Shown: positions 1 to 13,182 of the stretch, one piece after another
How positions within the stretch are numbered: position 1 is the first letter of the stretch
How the letters are laid out: each line of letters begins with the position of its first letter
From: Basidiobolus meristosporus CBS 931.73
Taxonomy: Eukaryota; Fungi; Basidiobolomycota
Assembly: GCA_002104905.1 (NCBI GenBank)
Contig: MCFE01000081.1
Span: forward strand, 116,028-180,027
Length of the DNA: 64,000 bases
Reading direction: 5' to 3'
Made by a program: the position numbers and the translations under genes
Notes under the pieces: generated by a model
Databases searched by the model: none
The model's input: the letters and a program-made list of their open reading frames with translations, nothing else
What the model was told of the DNA's origin: nothing

Positions 1-556
1 TGGAGCAGTCAGGTAAGCTTGTAGCATTGCATTGGTGAATGGCCCTGTGGCAGGGGGTTGTTCCTCTATTTACAAACAACACACTCGCAGCAATACCCAA
101 AATTGGCCTGCATGATTACGTTTCCCAGCCCACCAATACAAGCTTATCTATAGTACCGAACGATCTGTAGTGAGAGGGGGGGACTACATAGCCAACTTGT
201 AATATGTGTTTGTAAAAAGTCGACCTGCCTGCAGTGGGTTACACAAATCTAATTGATCCTTAATATCCACCTCAGGGATTTCCTTATTTGTCGTCGAAAG
301 GTTAACCTCATTTGATAAGACAAATATTAAATCTTGCCATTTCGGTACCATTTCAATGCTATTTCAATGCTCTGCTGTGTTATATATATAAATCCTAGGC
401 CTTGCTTCTCCTTTCTTTTCCTATTTCCTTCACCCATTCTCCTTTCGCCTATTTTTAGAGCCTATAAAGCGTGTGGCGTTGTCGGCTACTTCGCGTTACC
501 CCACATTTCTTTTTGACTCCGGCAGAAGCTGCTGTTATACATTTACTTCACCCCTC

Positions 557-2896
557 ATGCCAGTGACACCACCCACACTGTTGATAACGGAACCAGACGA
601 GGGTGAGCTTCTATCCGCCAAGAATGACCTACAGGTATATTTCTTGGCACTAGGAACTGGTGTCTTGCATAGGTTAACGTACGCAATATGTAGTTTCTGA
701 ACCCGACTGCAGACCGAATCAACGAATCCTTTACGCTATTGAAAAACGATATGTTCCTCGACAAGCCTACACCCGGGTTGAGGACCGAGCAAGAGGCGGA
801 TATCCTTGCGCGGCGATTGTTCTTGGATGACAAGGATTTATTCAGCAAAGAGGAGGCGGCCCAATTCCTCGGGAAACGGTAGCGCATCAGTTATCCTTCC
901 ACGACGCATAAGTCATTGCTAACCCACGCCCCAGCGGGGAGCTTAATATGCTAACGTTAGAGAAATACCTGGATCATTTCGATTTCTCCAAAATGCGGCT
1001 GGAGGATGGCTTTCGGTATTGTATAGGATGTTGGTCCCGATGAACCGGAGCTGTTGCTGATCCCATTTTTGTCCTAGCCGCTTTTGCTCGAAGCTGTTTC
1101 TGAAGGGAGAATCACAGACTATTGACCGGATTCTAAATCAGTTCGCACGTAGGTACTGGGAGTGCAATCGGGACGGGGCTTTTCCTAATCAGGGTAGGTT
1201 TCCATGAATCCAACTCCCTCGAACACTGATTGATGCTTGTTTGCGCTAGACACTGTGTACACCATCGTGTATTCACTACTGCTGCTCAACACCGATCTCC
1301 ACGGGTCCCACATCACGAGGAAAATGTCAAAGCAGGATTTCATCAAGAATACCTTGGCCAGTGTGCAGACGTGCGCTCCAGACGAGGATCATCCGAGTTT
1401 GAGCGGAGAGGAGCTCACCACGCTACTAAAAGAGATGTACTCTTCTGTCAAACATAACCAAATCCCCCAACCCTTTGAGGGGAAATCAAGGCGTAGATCA
1501 TGCTCTGAGAGTGGCATCGGGTTAACCAGATCCCAGTCGGCACATACCTTGAGGAAAGTTAGGAGTAAATTAACCACAAAGCCTTCAACCTCGAGTTTCT
1601 TTCGATACGACAGCCGAAGCGCTTTTTACACTGAGGGGAAGAATCCCCGATCGATACACCGATTGCCATTTGGCTCGGCTATAGCATCCTTGGGTGAAGA
1701 GGCCGGGGGTTATTCGAAATCCGGGATCTTGGCGCGTAAACATCTCAATGAGAGGACCGGGAAAAAGGCGCAGCATCGCCAGTGGAAGAATTGCTTCGTA
1801 GCGTTGGATCGAGGTGACCTGAAGATGTTCAAAGCCGGAAAGGGCCATCATGGGGGTGATGGCAGTGAGCTCATGGTATTTTCGTTGGCATCTCTTTGGG
1901 GAGTTTGACAAATCGCTTAAACCGATTCTTAGGATCTCACCATGCAGTTGGGGCATATCTCACTTCGACACAGCCTGACCATTGCGCTTCCGCCTCCTGG
2001 CTATTCCAAGTGCCGACCCCACGTTTTCGCGGTTCAACTTCCCAACGGTGGAGTCTTTCTGTTTCAGACGGAGTCCCACGAACAAGTGCAAGAGTGGGTC
2101 AACACTTGTAATTACTGGGCGGCCAGGGAATCAAAAGAGCCGATGCCTGGTGCGGTATGCAATATTGACTATGGCTGGAAGAATCATTTTGAGCCGAAGA
2201 GTAAGCTCGCGGTAGAAATTCGTCTACCGGCTGGCTACGACGATCATACTTATATCAAGGAGTGGAGTCAGCCCAACAACCCTATGCTGCGGTCGAATTT
2301 AAGCGAAGTAAGCCATAATCATGCACCCCTTCCTTGACAACTCTGCTCACCTCCATTTATACAGAATGCTCAGCTTAAATCTCTCATCCAGTATAACGAC
2401 TTCCTGGATAAAGAACTGGCTAATCACATGGAGCTGAGAAGCGTGATATTTGAACGGGTATGTGGCTGCTGCCTGGCATTGATTGGCCTTCCTAACACCT
2501 CTCCTTTCCTCAACCAAGTTTTCTCCCAAATCCTCGAATATGAGCCGCGCATTCTCGAATTGGGAACGCAAGTCACAATACTTGTTACGTGAATTGATCA
2601 AATACCAAACATATGCCGATTCCCTCAAACAGGCTCTACCGGACTTTGATCACGATCTAAGCTTCAATGACTCGCCCAAGATGGAAGCATTTTCAGAAAG
2701 TCCTCTACAGCATTCCTTATCAGCCGTGCCGTTGTTCAATCTTACCAATGATAACATCGACGATCCAGCTCAGTTCGACGCAATCCATTGGGCTGGCCCC
2801 ATTGAAGCGCCAGTGAAAACCACCGAGCTGGAGCCCGATGATGAGAGCATCTACGAACTATGCAGAGAGCACTTGAGCTCGACGGAGTCCGACTGA
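557..2896 (+). CDS. Sec7 + PH domain ARF guanine-nucleotide exchange factor (Syt1/Yel1/EFA6-like), multi-exon
   Basis: Spliced exons give Sec7 motifs (FLKGESQTIDRILNQFARRYW; DTVYTIVYSLLLLNTDLH) and PH motifs (GILARK...WKNCFVAL; FLFQTES...EWVNTCNYWAARESKEP); GT-AG introns visible; start and last exon approximate. Confidence 0.85.
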
Positions 2897-3558
2897 ATCC
2901 TGGGACTGGCATTTCACAAGACCACTTCTCCCACATAGATTAATGCTTTGGCGCATATTGCTCGCATTTCACTCCCTTAATCTCATCCACCGGTATCGAA
3001 CGAACCTCCAATATAGAGCTGATCAGTATTGAGCAAACCTCAAGTGTAGAGCTTAGATGGCCAATGTTTTTTGTGTATGGTGGGCTCAAGTCTAGAGCCA
3101 GTCAGGAAACTTCATCCATCGAGCTTGATCAATGGAATTCCCATAAGTTGGCCGAAAATCATTTAGGCTCGATCAAGTGAGAGGGGAATTCCTTACCTAA
3201 TGAGAATATTTGATTCGCTTGGTGTAAATCCGGCCCCATCACATCACCCATTAGGGGACCGGAACAGGTACAAGCGCAGAGCAAGCTTTCCAATGGATCT
3301 GGATCGAAACATGGGATTGAAACAGTTGTTTATTTCTTATCCATCTCCTCCAGGTTGGAAACAGTGTCACCAGTTGACGAAACAGTAGACAGAGTGTGCG
3401 AAGGGTGGGGTTTGCTATCACTTAAATAGGGGGAGGTGGGGTGTGTGTGACATTGGATGGGTGATGAATACGAGTGGGTGGTGATGGAGATGGTGTGTAT
3501 GTGAAAGTGAGCGTGCCAGGGTAGTTGAGGGTGTAGAAATGAATGTGGCCTCATGTAT

Positions 3559-5100
3559 CTAAACGTTGGTTGGATTTGGTTGATTCCCCTTCTCCTTGCG
3601 CTTTCGGTTGGCTTCTTGTGCCCAACTCTGCATGTCTACCTCGGTGGTTTCGTATTTCTGAAGCCAGGGGTGTGCCTATTCAGCAAAGTCAGAAAAGGAA
3701 CGCCTGGAGGCTGTCTATTGGGCAAGATGCTTACCAACAACTCCGAGTAATTTGGCCTCATCTTGGGATTCTTGATCAGGCTAGAGGGATGGGATAGGTA
3801 AGCGACAAATGCCAGGTTAGTTCCAAATGACTTGCTACCAACTAACCACTGAGCAACAAAGTGTCTGCAATCCTCCGAAAACCTATCTTCGGGAAGTGGT
3901 AATGGGTTCCCAGCAACGATCGCTCTGATTTGAGCGAATGGCGAGTCGAAGGTTTCCGACGGATAGGGATATCTTCCAAGTGCCAACTCAAGGATAGAAA
4001 GGCCAAGTGACCACACATCTGACTGGACCGTGTAGGATTCGGCGGTACTAGAGGTGATTCTTTCGGGCTAATATCGATGGTTACGAAGCAATCAGATGGT
4101 CTCGATCAAAAGGAACTACTTACTGCCATATAACTCTGACACCCAATGTGAGTTTTGGCTAGCGACTGGATCAGTTGTCCAGACACGCCAAAATCGCACA
4201 ACTTCACTTGGCCTTTGGAATTGACCAGGACATTTGTAGGCTTGACATCTGGGAAGAAACCGGCTTGTTAGGCAGTGTCGAGAAACCCTTTGGAAATGCG
4301 CGAATACCTCTATGGATGATGGAAAGGTCGTCCTTCAAAAACTTCAGTCCTTTGATTATCTACGTCGCATACACTTTAGTCAGCACTTCCCATGTCGAGG
4401 CAAACTTGCGAATGACTCTATACAAACCGATAAAGTGATTTTGGCAAGTACGTCCTCTGATACACCCTCGTGGTATAATTTATCCAACGAGCCACAATCC
4501 ATATTCTCCATGCAATAGTACACACACGACTCTATAAAGAAAGCACCATAGAACTCTACGATATAAGGTGATTGTGATTTGTGCAAGACGTCCAACTCCA
4601 TCAAGATTTGGTTCAGCTTCGCCTGGTCCAATTCAAGGCGGATTTCCTAATGAAATAAACGATGTACGTTAGTGCGGATCCGGGGGAAACTGCGAATATC
4701 GGACGGGAAATAGGCGTGTGACAGGAGACGCATCCGACAGATGTATGAGGCGTGGCTCAAACCTAACCTTCATGGCCATGGTTACGTTGGTTGGCTTGTG
4801 GAAAACTCGTTGGACAACCCCATATTGTCCCTTGCCGAGTTCTTCCTCTAACACCAACTCGTCAATGTTGATTTTGTAGCTGTTTCCGTTGCTGAAATCG
4901 ACACCTTGAGCGTGAAGAACTGCCTTGCCATTGAAATTAAGTTTACCAGAAGGATCACTAAGTGTTTTAGGGTTACGAGGGTTAGTTTGGAAAGAGGGGA
5001 TCTGGTGAGCATGGTCTACTTACACGAATTTCGAGAAATTGGCGAATGGGGAAGGACCAGGTGGCAATGCGGGTAGGCCACCAAGTCCTTTGCCCATCAT
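3559..5100 (-). CDS. PBS2: MAP kinase kinase, Pbs2/Wis1-like, multi-exon
   Basis: [69 protein letters not shown]; last exon AHPWLQKY...NV*; ATG at 5100. Confidence 0.8.
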
Positions 5101-6091
5101 GCCTAGATTGAGCTTTGGGTGCTTCATTTTTATGGTTTTCTAACCGATAGAATATGGTTCGTAAAGACCGGGTTGAATTAGAAATCACTAAAAAACGCAT
5201 CAGAGCCCTGAATTAGTGCACCGCATCAACCGGGTGGGGCGGAACAAGTGCTTACCAAACAAACTGGCTATCTAATCTCACAATGTACAGTTGCAAGAAG
5301 GAAGTGGATATGTCCAAAATCGGTTTTGTACAAGCGTTGAAACAGTCAGGAATAAGTGTAGAAGCTCAGTCAAACAAATGGCGCTCGCTGAAGGTGGTGT
5401 GGACTAGTGAGCGCTGGATGGAATTGGATGAGGTAAGAGCAATTTACCAATAAGAGCCCGCGGACTCAATTAAGAAAGTTACCTTGAAAAGGCCCATCAA
5501 TTTAGCGCACAGAAATCCATCGCAATTGAGGAAAAATACCCGCCTTTGGTGAACTAGGGGTAGACACAGGTAAGTTCGATGGGTAGTTTGGGTGAGTGGA
5601 AGGCGAACAAGTAAAACATAATCTTGGATGAAACGTTGGGTAGTGCAATCTTACGAATCCATATATTTAATTGAATTGGGAGATATTAGAAAAACCAAAA
5701 CCGATTTGAAGTTAACCCATTTTAGCAAGCGATGTGTGGGTCACTTGTGGGAAAATCGGGCGTAATCAGCAAGGAATCCACCACTGTTCTATATCCCCCT
5801 AACTGGTAAAGACACCTCAGAAGCCCATTAGTAATATTAATCTATCCGGCCCTTCAGCAATAATAACCCATCCGACCCTCTAGTAACAATAATCCATCTA
5901 CTGATCAATTAATGCGGATGATTCTTCCGAGAGGCTAAGCTAAGAAAACTTTGATTTTTAATTCGACAAGTTGAAAAGAATCTACAATGACGAGAACTCG
6001 ACAACATCTATATCTCGATTGAAATGAAGTTATCAAACCAAACGCAAACCACACGTGTAGCTATGGAATGGCAATGCTGAGGACAATATGC

Positions 6092-6311
6092 TTAGAAGAG
6101 CTTCTGAGCGTATTCGATGGCGAAAGGAACTAGGGTAAACAAACTGCGGTTAGAACCGTGGCCTAGATCTGGTCAATATTTCAAAAAGCATACCCAAGCG
6201 AATGGCGGCTACGAGAGTAACAAAGTTGGTGAAGTTGGACACGGTCTTCTTGCGGTTCATGGCCTTCTCTTCTTCAGAGACCTTAGGGGGTTGTGGTTGC
6301 ATGCCGAACAT
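6092..6311 (-). CDS. TOM5: Mitochondrial outer-membrane translocase subunit Tom5-like (2 exons, about 51 aa)
   Basis: Spliced product MFGMQPQPPKVSEEEKAMNRKKTVSNFTNFVTLVAAIRLVPFAIEYAQKLF resembles the yeast Tom5 pattern MFGLPQQEVSEEEKRA plus one hydrophobic segment; intron starts at 6193. Confidence 0.75.
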
Positions 6312-6618
6312 GGTGGAAGACTGCGGAGTTGAGAAAATGGACAAAGACAAATCTCCTTCCGAGTTGCGGTAAAAGGCTTAAATTTTCGTCTCCCCTCCGG
6401 GGTGCACCCCACTTTTTCGCATGATTCATCGAGTGGCCGCATTGGGTGATTTTTTTCTTTCCAAGCAAGTTGACGCGAGTAAATAATCCTTAGAGAAGTT
6501 CAAGCCTATCGCATATCCACAAGAGTATTTATTCAGATACAACATTACGAGAAGGATTGCGTACATTTGACAAGTAGGAGAGGACAGGATGATTGATAAA
6601 CATTAACTACACGCTAAT

Positions 6619-7045
6619 TTAGTTATCCTCAACAACCTCGGTTTGGAGTCCCTTGAAGGTGGTAACAGGGACAAAGGTAACGTAGGTGTAGAGCTTCTCC
6701 TTGGCATCTTCGTCATCATTACGTCTGCGAGCAAGACGAACACGAATACGGCGTTGGACGTTACGGATACCGTGGCTCCAAACTTGCTTGTTGACGGAGG
6801 GGTCCAGACGGACATCGACAGTGCCCATTTGCTTGGAGGCAAAAGCCTTGATGGCCTTGACAGCAGTGGGGGCCTTCTTCTTGAAGGAACTATTCAAATT
6901 GGTTAGAATCGAGCATGGTGGGTGTTGATGTTGTGGCAGTTGCTGCTTACCGGTCGTGAATAAGCTTGTGAAGATGGATGGTGTACTCTCTGGTTACAAC
7001 ATCGGAGAGGGTAGAACGCTTGGTACCTTTTTGTTCCTTGGCCAT
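6619..7045 (-). CDS. RPL31: 60S ribosomal protein L31 (eL31), 2 exons
   Basis: [13 protein letters not shown]...[43 protein letters not shown]. Confidence 0.97.
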
Positions 7046-7373
7046 TGCTATTGTCGCGTAGGTGGGGGGTTAATGAATGGATGCACAAACGTGATCAAAG
7101 ATTCTGCAGACGTACCGAAAATAAACACTGGATGAACAGCGGAAGAGAGAGAGAACCAGGCAGGCTCTAGATGTCTTGTAATTGAGACGAATTCGATTCC
7201 GTATTTGGAAATGGCCTCGACACCGAGTCATCTTTTTCTTCCAGCAAGTTGATTAAACAGCACATAGAACAAACAGCCTCGATTTCATTGCCTCAATGGA
7301 ATGACAAAAATTTCCTTCGTACTTAAGGCAGCTAACCGGGAATCCACAATTCACCGCGAACACCGCTTTCGAG

Positions 7374-8255
7374 ATGAATCCCGACGAAGACACCGAATGG
7401 AATGATATCCTCCGTGCGAAGGGTATCCTCCCTCCCAAAAATGAAATCACTGAGGAGCAGATCCTGGATGCCTTGGATGAAGTGATCGCTGAAGCCAACT
7501 CCAAAAAGTTAGAGGACAAGGACTTGGATGAACTTGACGAGCTGGAGGATGAGGAGGATGAGAGGGTTTTGTTGGAATACCGGTCGGTACCCCCAGAGAA
7601 ATGCGTATTTCCCCCGATTGTGTAGTAACCCAATCTCCTTAAAGCATGAAGAGGATGGCGGAGATGCAGGCCCAAGCAGAAAAAGATGTCTTCGGCGAGC
7701 TCAACCAAATCTCTGAGCAAGATTTCGTTAAAGAGGTCACGGAAGCCAGTAAAGAAGTTGCAGTGGTTGTGCATCTCTTTAAGGACCAGTAAGTGGCCTC
7801 CTATCTTTGGAATGTACGCTAGCTAAGTGAGGCTCACATTCACCGTTAGGTATCCAGCCTGTCGTTTAATGAATGCACATCTCGCTACGCTAGCGCAGAA
7901 ATACAAGTCGACCAAATTCGTGAAGATCATATCGGATCATTGTATTCATGGCTATCCTGATCAAAACCTTCCTACCCTTCTTATCTACGTCCAAGGAGAT
8001 CTAAGAAAGCAACAGATCGGCTTGTTGGGCCTTGGTGGAATGAACATGAAGCCAGAGGGTAGGTCTTTCTTACTGTGTGTCCGCTTTATGCAGGATCTTA
8101 ACTTGAATGGTTAATTCCTAGATCTGGAGATACTGCTCCATGGTGCTGGTGCAATCGAGGGCTATGTCCCAACCCGCTCTGCAGAGCCAAGTAAAAAGCA
8201 GTTCACCATATATAGTAATACAGCCTTGAGCGATGATGAGGATTCCGACTATTAA
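7374..8255 (+). CDS. PLP2: Phosducin-like protein (Plp2/PDCL3 family), multi-exon
   Basis: EDTEWNDILRAKGILPPK, acidic linker, thioredoxin-like exons (VVVHLFKD; KFVKIISDHCIHGYPDQNLPTLLIY), acidic C-terminus SDDEDSDY*. Confidence 0.9.
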
Positions 8256-8495
8256 AAAGATCCCGAATCTTAATCAATAAATCGATTTTTAATGTTATTC
8301 TATTGGCACAGAGCCCCAACCATTATTATCAAATCTCCCCAGGATATCCTAGCGAACAGTGTCCTACGATTTTATGTGGGGCACATCAATTTTTTGAGGA
8401 ACAAAGGTTGGGTCATAGTATCAAGTTAGTTCAGATAGATAGCTTGTTTAGCGCTGTTGTGTTTGCTTTAGTTTCTACCTAGAGAAGAAAGCAAT

Positions 8496-9207
8496 ATGTC
8501 CAGACAACTACTCAGATTTCGTAACGTTGGAAGTTTACTCACTCGTCAAAATGGCCCCATCAGTAGCGTAAAGAACACTCGTACATTGGCTTCTCAAAGT
8601 GATGCTCACCACGAACAGCATAACTTTCCTGTTGAAGGTTGGTATCCACTTTAGTGGGGAAATCTCGTTGACAATATTTGTACCTATTGCGCTGGCGCCT
8701 TTGAAGTGATCTTGAAAGTAACACGCCATCGGTTATATAGATTTCTCCGGCGGTTTCTGGAAAGGTACTCTTCTTGTTATCGGTGGCATCTTTGCTTGGT
8801 CCAAGTTAGATGAGTCCCTTCTGAGCAAATCGGAGGTATTTTCTTTTTCCTGTCTGCACCCTGTTTCCTCGAAATTCATTCGTGTTTCTTCAGCAACACC
8901 CTATCACTAAATTCATCGAGCGTTTCATGACTCCCGAGGAAGTGTGGAGAGACATCAACCAAAAGGAATTGAAATTGGTTGCCGACTATGTTGAGGATAG
9001 CTTCCTTTTGAGAGAGGATGTTCGTCCTAAGTACCGTGCCCTACGCTATCCTGAGTACGTTATTATAAATGAACCAGATACAACAAAAATGCCTGAAATT
9101 TAACCAACGTTGTTTATAGGATGTTCGAACGTGCTTCACCTCACTTCCTCGTTGCTGGTGAACAAGCTGACCTTTCAGACTTGGTTCTCAAGGGACACCG
9201 CTACTAA
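8496..9207 (+). CDS. Probable mitochondrial complex I accessory subunit (fungal 17.8 kDa type), 4 exons
   Basis: Presequence-like N-terminus, His-rich DAHHEQH, one TM (FWKGTLLVIGGIFAW), HPITKFIE, RALRYPEMFERASPHFLVAG; recalled similarity to the Neurospora 17.8 kDa subunit. Confidence 0.65.
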
Positions 9208-9850
9208 ACAGCCTCCTTTCAAAACGCATGTTAATCCTTATTCAACTTTTTAACACTACCTTCCAATTTCCATCTCACATAACTCATGCAAGTTGAGGTT
9301 ATGTCGGTCAATAAAGACATTATAACTTTGACTAGTATTATTACCCTTGAAAGCAACAGACATCCATCGCCAATAGCCGCTTGGCTTTAATCACGATTTT
9401 AATTAAGCATGGCTTAACTATTACGGAATCATTCAAGATAGAAATAGTCTGTTGGAGAATCAAGTGCCGCACATCATGAAACATGTCCCCAGGCCATTTT
9501 AGAAAATACCCTAAAACACACAGGTTCAATCAATATTGGGTGTGCTCGAACTAATATAGCATGAATTTAACCTAAAGGAGGAGTGCCGTTTGTGCCCCGT
9601 CACATCAAGAGTTCGCTGACGTAGGGGAATTCCAAGATCATCGATCTGTCAAACCAACAATGAGCTCCTGGAACCAGGGTTAGAGTGTAAAGATAGTATT
9701 ATTTTATTATAAACGTTCAGGCATATACAACGATATACATCGACCAGATAGTGAAGCAAAATGGGAGTTCGGTAAACTAGCTTCGAGGCATTCCAGTAAA
9801 GTGATGCAGACGGGATTGTTGATTGTGGGAGGCTTGCAATGCGAAATGAC

Positions 9851-11991
9851 TTAGTTGTATTTGTTCTTTAGAGGAAGGGCAGGGCGGTCGTCTTCATCTT
9901 CTTGATCATTACTCAATGAAAGGGCATTGACTGCTTGATCAATGGGGAACTCTTCCAGAGTATCGAAGGTGGCCTTGGGGGAGCCTGGTACAGAGAGAGG
10001 TCTGGGGATCTTGTGATGTTCACCCTCCCCGAAGGCATCCTCTCCAGAGAAAGAGTCAGAGTAGCATCTTCTAAGTGCAAGTTGTCTAGCCTTCATGTAT
10101 TCAATACCAAGGCGCTTCCAGTCCAGCAAATCACTCAAACGTTCTGTACGGTTACGCTGGTTAATACGTTGACGGCGGGTCTTTTGACAGAAGTCGAACA
10201 TCTGGCTGCACAGCTGCTCAATGGACTCGTCAACAGCCTTCATTCGACGATCGACAATGTAGATACCATAATCGGAAGGATTTTCGATATTATCCTCCAT
10301 GTAACAACCGAAACCAGAGAGATTGGTTGTGATCGAAGGAACACCCATGACTGTACATTCGGCGGGAGTGTAACCCCATGGCTCGTAGTATGAAGCGAAA
10401 ACACCCAAGTGGCAACCACGAACAAAGTCTTCGTAATCAAGGCCGAGAACTGGGTTGTTTGAGTTGAGGAACTCGGGGTGGAAAATGACCTTGACTCTAT
10501 CCCCGTCAAAGTTGAACAGGTGATTGCGACGAAGTGCATTCAACACATCATCGTTGGCGTCATCAACCAGGTTGTGGGTTACAATGGCTGGCAAGTTGTT
10601 GCGCTTCAGTGCGAAGACACGACGCTTGAGAAGGACCTTCTCTTCTTCGGAAAGAAGATCACCACAATCCTTGGGTTCTTGTCCTCTAGCGGCGGCTTCG
10701 AATAGGCGCTCACCAATGTTCTTCTGGATTTGTTCAACGGTATCCTTCAGTTGCTTGGTGACTGCTTGTCCCTTCAAAGTATCTACAGTGTATGATTGGG
10801 TTTGGGCTGGCATAATGATAAAAGCTACAACGGTAGTCTTGGAGTTGGAGTTACGGAGGCGTTGGTTGAGTCTGGCCAAAGATTCGATGAACATGTCTAC
10901 ACCCTTGTTACGGAATTCATAACGACCCGCGGTGAAGAAATACACGGTGTTTTCGAGGTCAAAGTTGTAGTGTCCGTAGAAATGTCCTCTGACGAAGTCA
11001 TTGATCTTCTCTTTAGCAATTGCGTGGAGATTTTGGAATTCGTGCATAGCACTGAACTTGACCACGTTCAAACCATTTGGCAATACACCATCAGGCTTTC
11101 TCTTGAGAAGATGTTCTGCCTCATAGGCTGTGATGTGGGAAACGGTGGTAAACACATCGGCACAATGGGCGGAAGCTCTTTCCAGGCAGTAACGGTGATA
11201 GATTCCGCGTTTACCGGCCTCATGATCGACATCGAAATCGCGAAGACCGTTATAGAAGTCAGCATTACCAGCACACAAGTATCTTCCCAGAAGGGTGGCA
11301 TGGGTGGTGAAGATAGTAGCCACATCGATTTGGCGCTTTCTGCAGAGAACCAAACCAATACCGGCAAGCCACTCATGGAAATGAGCGATGACTGCAGTGT
11401 GACGTTGGCGGCGAACAAACTGTGTATTACGGTTGATTAGGAACCTACTATTGAGCTGCGATACATTACGGTACTAGCTTACCTCTTCCAAGAACCAAGC
11501 GACAAGATAGCCAAAAACGATAGCATCGTTGGTTTCGGTGTCGTTTGCAGGAGAGGGAATACCGGCAATCTTCCAGATATCAGCCTTCCATTCATCGAGC
11601 TTGTTAAAGGCGGACATAATATCAAAGAGTAGAACATGGGGGGCGCCTTCCACCAGCCAGCGACCATAAAGGTACTTCACACCGGCGTCTTCCATGCTTT
11701 TTAAGGTATCTTTCATTTCTTGGCTCGTGGGCTCCAGGCTTTCGACCTCCATAGGGGCGGTTTTCCAGTTGAGAGGACCAATAAGGGTGAAACGATCACC
11801 ATATTCCTTCACCGTGACCGGGGCCTTGGTCTTAATGACGGTGTAAATTCCACCAACTACATAACAAGAAGTAAGCAAGTGATATCTACCAGCAAGTGTT
11901 CTGACGTACTAGTTCACTACTCACCTTTGTTTGCAACCTCCCAAGCAATCTCAAACAAGAGGGGTCTGTGGACATCACGCTTTTGAGCCAT
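9851..11991 (-). CDS. GSY: Glycogen synthase (GT3), multi-exon
   Basis: [11 protein letters not shown] / [12 protein letters not shown]; [15 protein letters not shown]; [16 protein letters not shown]; [14 protein letters not shown]. Confidence 0.97.
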
Positions 11992-13182
11992 TTTAGTTTG
12001 CTACAGAAGTGATAAGGTAGAGAGATGACGCGGTAGTCAGTAGAAAAGAATATGGGGTGCGTAGACTGCAATTCCCGGCTACGTTATATATCTCAGCATT
12101 ACCCCGTAACGATTGGATACTAGTTACCCATTCGAGAACATATCAGGTTGGACGAGATTTCGGAATCGTCAGAGACCCATCAGCCAATGATTTCAAAGGT
12201 TACCTGTACATCATGTACATATTAAAATGTAGATTGGTAAAACAGCGCTAATATGGGCGAATGCAGTGTTCAGTGGGAACGAGAAATGAAGATGCTGTCA
12301 ATCTTACGTAAACAATAGGTAGAAGTGACATTAGATGGTGAAGGACATTCTGGAGGAGAGCGGTGTGGGCTAGTCAAGGCAACCCTATGGTTTTCGTGAC
12401 AGTGATTAGTTCCATTACCAAACCCTCGAATCCCTGGATTATCCGCACCTGCTTTGTAATTTCATGTGGGCAAATATGGAAATGGCGAAAAAGATGGGCT
12501 TTATTAACAGAACATTAGGAATCATCGAATCGGGCCAGATTGTTGAGCTTGATGTGGCTTAAATTGTGCTTCGTAGTTAATCCACCAATGTATAATCTTG
12601 AAGCCACTGGAGTGAATGAGCCAACCTTATCTCCTGTCCTTGGTCCTACTCAAGGAGGCTCTGTATTTGTACACGCTTATCGATCAACCAAGTGCGCCAT
12701 CTATGAATTGAGCTTAGATGTTATGCTGGGAATTTTGCACGATAACCACATTGCTTGGGGTCGCTTTCTGATACCAACCCTGGTCAAGCTCTGATTTATG
12801 CTCCAAAATTAGTCATCTTGCTTCGTTAGTTGTAGTTTATGCAAGCAAGTTAGTCATTTTGCTTTTCTTAGTGCCAGCAATCGTGGTATTTGTAACGTAT
12901 TGGTTTGTGGGACAGAGATGCCGTTTGGCTTGGTGGTGGTTACACTACCAAGAGATCTGGATACCGTCCGATACAAATCAACTCAATCCCACAATTTCTG
13001 TGCGAGGGTTGCTGGTGCGTGTGGAGTACGTGCGGGGTATAATAAAGGCCGAGTTGATGGCTAAAGATTAGAGTTGGTTTATATGTATTATCCGTATTGA
13101 TGGCTTAAGGCTTGATATGAGAGTTGGTTTATTTGTATTATCCGTGGGTAGGGAGGAGCATCACAGTCAATGTAACACATCA

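Noticed and set aside
9935-11440. Antisense ORFs over glycogen synthase (and over the 13-15 kb fusion gene)
   Set aside because: Shadow frames of strongly coding genes with no recognisable motifs
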